The position numbers and the translations under genes are program-made. From the NCBI GenBank assembly GCA_965223425.1, contig OZ245003.1, forward strand, positions 2,450,871 to 2,514,870: a stretch of DNA of 64,000 nucleotides, given 5' to 3'. The notes below the pieces were generated by a model that worked only from the letters and a program-made list of their open reading frames with translations, did no database searches and was not told the origin of the DNA. Numbering within the stretch: position 1 is the stretch's first letter; the number at the start of each line of letters is the position of its first letter. Shown here piece by piece: positions 58,347-64,000 of the stretch. The DNA comes from Nitrosopumilus sp. (GTDB taxonomy: Archaea > Thermoproteota > Nitrososphaeria > Nitrososphaerales > Nitrosopumilaceae).

Positions 58347-61130
58347 ATGCAGAAACTTCTGATTACGCTATTGATAATATCATCCATATCAATTCCATTT
58401 GCAGCTGCACATCCTTTTACAGAAGAAACCATTCCTAGCTTGACATCAAATGCGCCAGTTGGAACTACAGAAGTAATTATATTTTTTTCAGAACCAGTTG
58501 ACATGGGCTTTAGTGAAGTTAAAGTGTTTGATACCAACGGAGATCAAATTGATAACAAGGATACCGGTTACTATGAAGGAGAATTATCTCTTATTGTTAC
58601 AACTCCCCCATTAGAAGATGGAGTTTATACAGTATCAACCAAGGTTCTCTCTAAAGTTGATGGACATCTTGTTCCAGATGCATTCCTATTTGCAGTAGGA
58701 AATGTTGTAATTGATCCTTCTATGTTAGAAATAGAAAGACCATCGGAACTTGTGTTTTTGCCTGAAGCTGGTGCAAGATTTCCGGGACTTGTCGGTCAAA
58801 CTATTGTTCTAGGCGCAGTAATTGCATCGCTCATAATTTGGGGAACGCAAAACAAACAATCAATCAAAGAAGAATTAGACAAGGTAGAAAAGTTCCATCA
58901 TGGAAAATTCATGTCAATTACAGGAATAGGATTGATGTTAGTATTCATTTCAGATGTTCTGATGATTGCAATTCAGACAATCAGATTAGAAACCTCACCT
59001 ATTGAAGCAATTCAGACCTATTTTGGTACAATTTGGCTTGCAAGAATGATCATTACAGTAGTTTTACTTGGAATTTGGTTTGGAATGGATAAAAGAAAAT
59101 CACTATCAAAGAAGAATCAGATTCCGATGCTCGTAGCATCACTAGTACTAATTGCAACCACAAGTATGATCGGACACGGCGCAGCTAGTGAACAGACTCC
59201 CGCACTAGTATTAGATTATATCCATAATTTGGTTGCAGCAGTTTGGATAGGAGGTATTTTCTATTTTGTTTTTACATTACTTCCAACATTTTCTCAACTA
59301 AAAGAAGTAAATCGAGAAAAGATGAGTCTAGTTTTGATTCCAAGATTCTCAATAGCATTCATCATTTCAGTAGGAATTGTGATAATTACAGGACCGACTT
59401 TAATGTGGTTCCTAGAAAGTGATGTGGGATTAATTACACAATCAGTATTTGGCCAGTTAATTATTCTGAAAATTGCAATTGCGGCAATCATGATTGCTTT
59501 GGGAGGGGTTTTCCAGTTTAAAGTTCAAAAAAATGCTGAAAAGAACTTTTCATCAGGAAAAATTTTAGTTCATAGGAAACTAAAAAGATCTCTCAGAGTA
59601 GATGCAACTCTAGGAATCATTCTTCTTGGAGTAGTTGCACTACTTACAAACGGGACATTACCAGCAGGTGAGATTCAAAAAGTTGATGCACAAGAGATCG
59701 TTTACGGTTTTAAGACTCTAGAGTTTACAGAAAACACAAAATTTGATATTGATATTTCACCGTTTTCTAGCGGAACAAACACAATCCTAGTCAAAGTAAG
59801 TGACTTTGAAGGCAACCCTCTCTATGATTCAAACCAGATTAAAGTAAAGATATCAAATCCATCAAAAAATATTTCACCAATTGAAATTCCAATGGAGATA
59901 ATCAAACAAGAAGAAGACAAACCAATTGAATTCCAAGGAGAATTAACATTTGGATTTTCAGGGGAGTGGTTAGTAGAAATTGAAGCGCAAAGAACTGAGA
60001 ATGCAAGTGAATCAAAGATTCTAAATTTACTCGTAAAACCAAGGCTAACTGACATTCAGACTCAGATTACCGAGTATGAATTCCCAGAAGAAGCAAAGCC
60101 TCTTTTCCCAATATATGACGGAAAAGATTCTATTTGGATAAGTGATACATCTTCTCCGCGATTGTGGCAATTTTCACTTGAAACACAAGAATTTACCCCA
60201 TATTCGTTTGATGGGCTTACTACAACGTTTCTAACACAAGACAACAGTGGACGCGTCTGGTTTTCTGATACTCCAAGAAATCAAATCGGATTTATCGACA
60301 TACAAAGCAAGGAAATCACATTAAAAACAATTCCTGATTTAGATCCGATAATTTCAAAAAATTTACCGCTTGGTATTCAAGCAGATTTTGATGGAAACAT
60401 TTGGGTTATCATTACTAACAAAGATAGAATTGTAAAATATGTATCAGAACTTGACGAGTTTGAAGAATTTGTATTGCCAGAAAGAGAATCGCTTCCATTT
60501 GCATTAACAATAGATGAAGATGGAAAGATTTGGTATTCTGCAAGTGGAACAGGCAAGATCGGATTTATTGATCCTAAAGAAAACAAGATAACAGAGGTTT
60601 CAACTGAAACTGTTCTACAGGGTCCAGAAGCCTTGCTCTTTGATGATGATGGGAGTTTATGGATTGCAGAACACACAGGCTTGGCAATTACCAGGTATAA
60701 TCCAGTTTTAGGAACATTTGAGAAGGTTTCTGTGCCAGATAGCGATGCACTGCCGTTTGGAATGACATTTGACAGATATGGAAATGTTTGGTTTGCACAG
60801 CACACTATTGACAATCTCGGAGTTTATGATCCGGACAATAATAATCTGATTGAAGTACCTGTTCCATCTGAGACATCCTTTGTTCAATTTATGACATCAG
60901 ATGGTAATGACAATGTATGGTTTGTCGAACAACAGGCAAACAAAATTGGAACAGTAAAGATGACAGAGGATCCTGTTATTGCTTCACAGGTTCAATCATC
61001 AGATGATTATGAAATAAAATACACAGAACTTGCTTCACCACTTGTCGCATTGGGAATTATTGCAGCATCGTTGTTTTATGTAAAAAGCATACATGATAAA
61101 AGAAGGTTAAACTCGTTGATTAATTCTTAG
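58347..61130 (+). CDS. CopC-CopD fusion with Ig-like and Vgb-like beta-propeller domains
   Basis: N-terminal HP..., FSEPVD, SKVDGH (CopC); GHGAA, HNL.AAVWIGG TMs (CopD); repeated D.DG.IW propeller. Confidence 0.88.
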   Translation: MQKLLITLLIISSISIPFAAAHPFTEETIPSLTSNAPVGTTEVIIFFSEPVDMGFSEVKVFDTNGDQIDNKDTGYYEGELSLIVTTPPLEDGVYTVSTKVLSKVDGHLVPDAFLFAVGNVVIDPSMLEIERPSELVFLPEAGARFPGLVGQTIVLGAVIASLIIWGTQNKQSIKEELDKVEKFHHGKFMSITGIGLMLVFISDVLMIAIQTIRLETSPIEAIQTYFGTIWLARMIITVVLLGIWFGMDKRKSLSKKNQIPMLVASLVLIATTSMIGHGAASEQTPALVLDYIHNLVAAVWIGGIFYFVFTLLPTFSQLKEVNREKMSLVLIPRFSIAFIISVGIVIITGPTLMWFLESDVGLITQSVFGQLIILKIAIAAIMIALGGVFQFKVQKNAEKNFSSGKILVHRKLKRSLRVDATLGIILLGVVALLTNGTLPAGEIQKVDAQEIVYGFKTLEFTENTKFDIDISPFSSGTNTILVKVSDFEGNPLYDSNQIKVKISNPSKNISPIEIPMEIIKQEEDKPIEFQGELTFGFSGEWLVEIEAQRTENASESKILNLLVKPRLTDIQTQITEYEFPEEAKPLFPIYDGKDSIWISDTSSPRLWQFSLETQEFTPYSFDGLTTTFLTQDNSGRVWFSDTPRNQIGFIDIQSKEITLKTIPDLDPIISKNLPLGIQADFDGNIWVIITNKDRIVKYVSELDEFEEFVLPERESLPFALTIDEDGKIWYSASGTGKIGFIDPKENKITEVSTETVLQGPEALLFDDDGSLWIAEHTGLAITRYNPVLGTFEKVSVPDSDALPFGMTFDRYGNVWFAQHTIDNLGVYDPDNNNLIEVPVPSETSFVQFMTSDGNDNVWFVEQQANKIGTVKMTEDPVIASQVQSSDDYEIKYTELASPLVALGIIAASLFYVKSIHDKRRLNSLINS

Positions 61131-61938
61131 ATAATAACCCAGCAGATTTTATTCCCATTGTTGCTGCAAGCAACCCAATTGACAACAAAACGATGGTTCC
61201 TGCAGGGGTTATATCAAACACATACGAGATCAGAATTCCGGCAACAACAGAAAATATAGAAAAGCCCGTAGAGATGATTGCAGTTTGTTTGAAACCTTTT
61301 CCATACATTATTGCTGAGACGTTAGGAATTACAAATAAAGCTGAAATTAGCAAGACACCAACAAGTTGGATTGAGGTAACAACAGTAATTCCTGCCATAA
61401 ACACAATCAAATAATTTATTTTCTCTACAGGAATTCCGCTGACTTTGGCTTGCTCCTCGTTGAATGTTGAATAAAGAATTTGTCTAAATAGCAACAGAAT
61501 TACAATTAGGATTACACCTGTCAGTGATAGAATCATAACAGTATCATCTGCGCTAACAAGGAGAATACTTCCAAACAGAAAACTAAAGATATCAATTGTA
61601 AAGCCACCAGATAATCCGATAATTACGAGCCCAGCTGCTATGCCGGACGATAAAAGAACTGCAATTGCAGCATCACCAGATATGTTGAATCTGTCTTTAA
61701 CTCTTGTAATTATTAGTGCACTAATTATTGAAACTCCATATGCGGTCCATAGTGGATAGACACCTGCAAGCAGACCCAATGCAATACCACCAAATGACGA
61801 GTGTGCAATTGCATCACCAAATAATGAATAGCGCCTCAAAACTAGGAATAGCCCAACAACTGAGCAGAGAATTGCAACAGCAATTCCAGAAATTAATGCC
61901 CTATGCATGAAACTGTAAGTTAGAATTTCTAAAGACAT
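61120..61938 (-). CDS. znuB: Zn/Mn ABC transporter permease
   Basis: LRRYSLFGDAIAHSSFGG, FLFGSIL, VGVLLISAL. Confidence 0.88.
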   Translation of the reverse strand: MSLEILTYSFMHRALISGIAVAILCSVVGLFLVLRRYSLFGDAIAHSSFGGIALGLLAGVYPLWTAYGVSIISALIITRVKDRFNISGDAAIAVLLSSGIAAGLVIIGLSGGFTIDIFSFLFGSILLVSADDTVMILSLTGVILIVILLLFRQILYSTFNEEQAKVSGIPVEKINYLIVFMAGITVVTSIQLVGVLLISALFVIPNVSAIMYGKGFKQTAIISTGFSIFSVVAGILISYVFDITPAGTIVLLSIGLLAATMGIKSAGLLSKN

Positions 61939-61940
61939 GA

Positions 61941-62663
61941 TTAATGATGGTGCATATGTTCCTGCATTGATGCCTCAGAGTATTGCTTAACAAGTTCGTC
62001 ATTAGAAAAGAATTTGTCTGACTCGCCATGAAAAAATAATGTTCTATTCAGACATGCAACGTGGTTAGCTAGTTGATTTACTGCATCTAGATCATGGGAA
62101 GACCAAATAATTGTAATTTTTTGTTTAGAGTTTAATTCGCGAAGAATGCTGTAGAATAGTTCGATACTTTGTTGATCAATTCCTGTAACAGGTTCATCAA
62201 GAATCAAAATTTTTGGGCTGTTAACCAAGGCTTTTGCAATAAATACCCGTTGTTGCTGTCCTCCAGATAATTCACCGATTCTTCTATTGCCTAGTTCATG
62301 AATCCATAATTGTTGCAGAATTTTATCAATCGTATTTTCGTCAGATTCTTTTCTCAAACCCATTCTGACAACATCAAGAACAGTTACCGGAAAATTTTTC
62401 TCAAAGATTGGCTTTTGTGGTACATATCCAATTTCTTTGAGATAATTCTTTGATTTTCTAATATCTTCTCCAAAAAATTTGACATCCCCTTTGTATTTTG
62501 CATTAAGACTTAACATCGCATCAAAAAGAGTAGATTTGCCTGCCCCATTTGGACCAATTATGCCTAGAAAATCTCCCTGATTGACTACAAAGCTTACGCT
62601 ATCCAAAGCCTTGACATCAGGATATTGAACAGTAAGATTGTTAATTTCAACTACTTTCAACAT
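61941..62663 (-). CDS. znuC: Zn/Mn ABC transporter ATPase
   Basis: GPNGAGKST, IGYVPQ, LSGGQQQR, LDEP, His-rich tail. Confidence 0.9.
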   Translation of the reverse strand: MLKVVEINNLTVQYPDVKALDSVSFVVNQGDFLGIIGPNGAGKSTLFDAMLSLNAKYKGDVKFFGEDIRKSKNYLKEIGYVPQKPIFEKNFPVTVLDVVRMGLRKESDENTIDKILQQLWIHELGNRRIGELSGGQQQRVFIAKALVNSPKILILDEPVTGIDQQSIELFYSILRELNSKQKITIIWSSHDLDAVNQLANHVACLNRTLFFHGESDKFFSNDELVKQYSEASMQEHMHHH

Positions 62664-63550
62664 AATGCCTCTTTGAGATTGTTGAGATTTTCAGTCATTT
62701 TAGAAATGTAAGTACCTTCAGAAACAGCTTCCAAAGGAGATAAAACTAAAACTCTTCCGCCTATTTCATTTGCAATAATTTCTGAAGTTCTGGCATCAAC
62801 AGTCTCTTCATTAAAAATTACTTTAATGTTTAATTCCCTAGACTTGGAAATGATATCTTCCAGTGTTTTTGCCGTTACTTCTCCATGTGGATCAGTAGAA
62901 GAAATTATTGTATGCTGATTCAAATTGTACTCATCTGCAAAATATGAAAATGCATCATGAAAAGCTACAAAATCATTATTACAGTTTGATAGTTCATTCC
63001 TTATTTTTGAATCGAGTGAATCTAACTGTTGTATATATTCTGCTGCGTTTGACTGATAGTATCGTTGGTTTTGGGGATCTGAATTAGAAAATGCATCTGC
63101 AATATTTTGTACTTGAATTTTTGCATAAACAGGATTTAGCCAGATATGTGGATCCCCAGAATCATGATCATCTTCCCTTACCAAAATTCCATTGCTTGTA
63201 TCAATAATTTTTCCTTGATAACCGGCCTCGTCCAAATTTTCAACCCAGTCTTCAAAACCAATTCCATTAATGATTAAAAGATCAGCTGTTTGCATTTTTT
63301 GCACGTCTTTAATTGTCGGTTCCCAATCATGTGGTTCCACTCCAACTGGAACAAGCAAAACTGCATCAACTTTTTCTTGCCCTATATTTTGTGAAAATTC
63401 ATGGAGAGGATAAAATGATGAAATAATCTGCAATTGTGAATTATTAGATGTGACCAGCTGTTGATTCGAATCAGTGCCATAAACTACAATAGAGCTTAAT
63501 GGAATTACTATTACTATTGCCAAGATTGCCAACCTAGTTTGAGCATTCAC
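62657..63550 (-). CDS. znuA: Zn/Mn ABC transporter substrate-binding protein
   Basis: EPHDWEP, DPHIWL, HDAFSYF; likely GTG start at 63550. Confidence 0.88.
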   Translation of the reverse strand: MNAQTRLAILAIVIVIPLSSIVVYGTDSNQQLVTSNNSQLQIISSFYPLHEFSQNIGQEKVDAVLLVPVGVEPHDWEPTIKDVQKMQTADLLIINGIGFEDWVENLDEAGYQGKIIDTSNGILVREDDHDSGDPHIWLNPVYAKIQVQNIADAFSNSDPQNQRYYQSNAAEYIQQLDSLDSKIRNELSNCNNDFVAFHDAFSYFADEYNLNQHTIISSTDPHGEVTAKTLEDIISKSRELNIKVIFNEETVDARTSEIIANEIGGRVLVLSPLEAVSEGTYISKMTENLNNLKEALC

Positions 63551-63566
63551 AACTCCAGATCGATAC

Positions 63567-63601
63567 AAGTTATTAATAAATCTATAAAATATTAATAACT
63601 T
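63567..63601. promoter_or_regulatory. Candidate metalloregulator operator
   Basis: AAGTTATTAATA-N11-TATTAATAACTT inverted repeat between the divergent znuA and regulator genes. Confidence 0.55.
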
Positions 63602-63641
63602 TAATTGCTAAACTTATAAGGTAATTAATAACATTAGGCGT

Positions 63642-64000
63642 ATGCCAATAGTCTCAATCTCATTAAATGACGAAATTCTCTCAGAATTGGATAAATTACA
63701 ATCAACATTAGGGTTTTCAGGCAGATCCGAGGCCATTAGAGCAGGAATTAGATCATTTGTTTCTGAAGAAAAACAAAAATCAGATTTGTCTGGAAATATT
63801 CATGCAATTCTTCTAGTTGTACATAATGATGAATTTGATCACGTTGTTTCAGGCATTACTCATAATTTTGAAGATCTAATTACAACACATCTTCACAGCA
63901 AGATTGACAAGGAAAAATGCATGGAGCTTTTTGTTATTGACGGAGATGCAGGAAAGGTATCTACAATGACAAAGGATTTCCAGACAAATAAAAACATGGA
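63642..64000 (+). CDS. NikR-family RHH metalloregulator (runs off the window)
   Basis: Hand translation MPIVSISLNDEIL.ELD....GFSGRSEAIR...THLHSKI...CMELF; not in the ORF track. Confidence 0.85.
   Translation, partial: MPIVSISLNDEILSELDKLQSTLGFSGRSEAIRAGIRSFVSEEKQKSDLSGNIHAILLVVHNDEFDHVVSGITHNFEDLITTHLHSKIDKEKCMELFVIDGDAGKVSTMTKDFQTNKNM

Overview
AT-rich chromosomal DNA of a Nitrosopumilus-like ammonia-oxidising archaeon (Nitrososphaerota). The assignment rests on TFE, NAC, Trm56, rpS19e, Rpp21, Nep1, GTP cyclohydrolase III, class II RNR, and PEFG-CTERM, CFI-box-CTERM and IPxWxxNNAxWW surface proteins. The IS load and the GC-rich giant surface protein suggest a host-associated lineage, perhaps a sponge symbiont (inference). 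Core blocks: housekeeping genes and a riboflavin cluster (1-11.8 kb); central metabolism, RNR and thiolase (25-39.3 kb); a copper/zinc homeostasis cluster (50.2-64 kb). Accessory region 1 (11.9-24.9 kb) is an IS graveyard: IS66, two IS5, two ISH3, IS6 and IS630 copies, partly nested. It also holds remnants of a ParM-like ATPase, an HNH nuclease, an IS630-split tRNA-like gene and an orphan AbiEi antitoxin. Accessory region 2 (39.4-49.8 kb) is a GC-rich island encoding a 3145-aa surface protein, with two MITEs upstream. Its N-terminal 7-bladed propeller has a near-identical scaffold but hypervariable loops. Other leads: a wHTH/ATP-cone/catalytically dead NrdD fusion upstream of nrdJ, an amidohydrolase embedded in the riboflavin operon, a cupredoxin with Glu at the axial Met position, and a candidate C/D-box RNA. 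All family calls come from motif recognition by eye; no database search was run.
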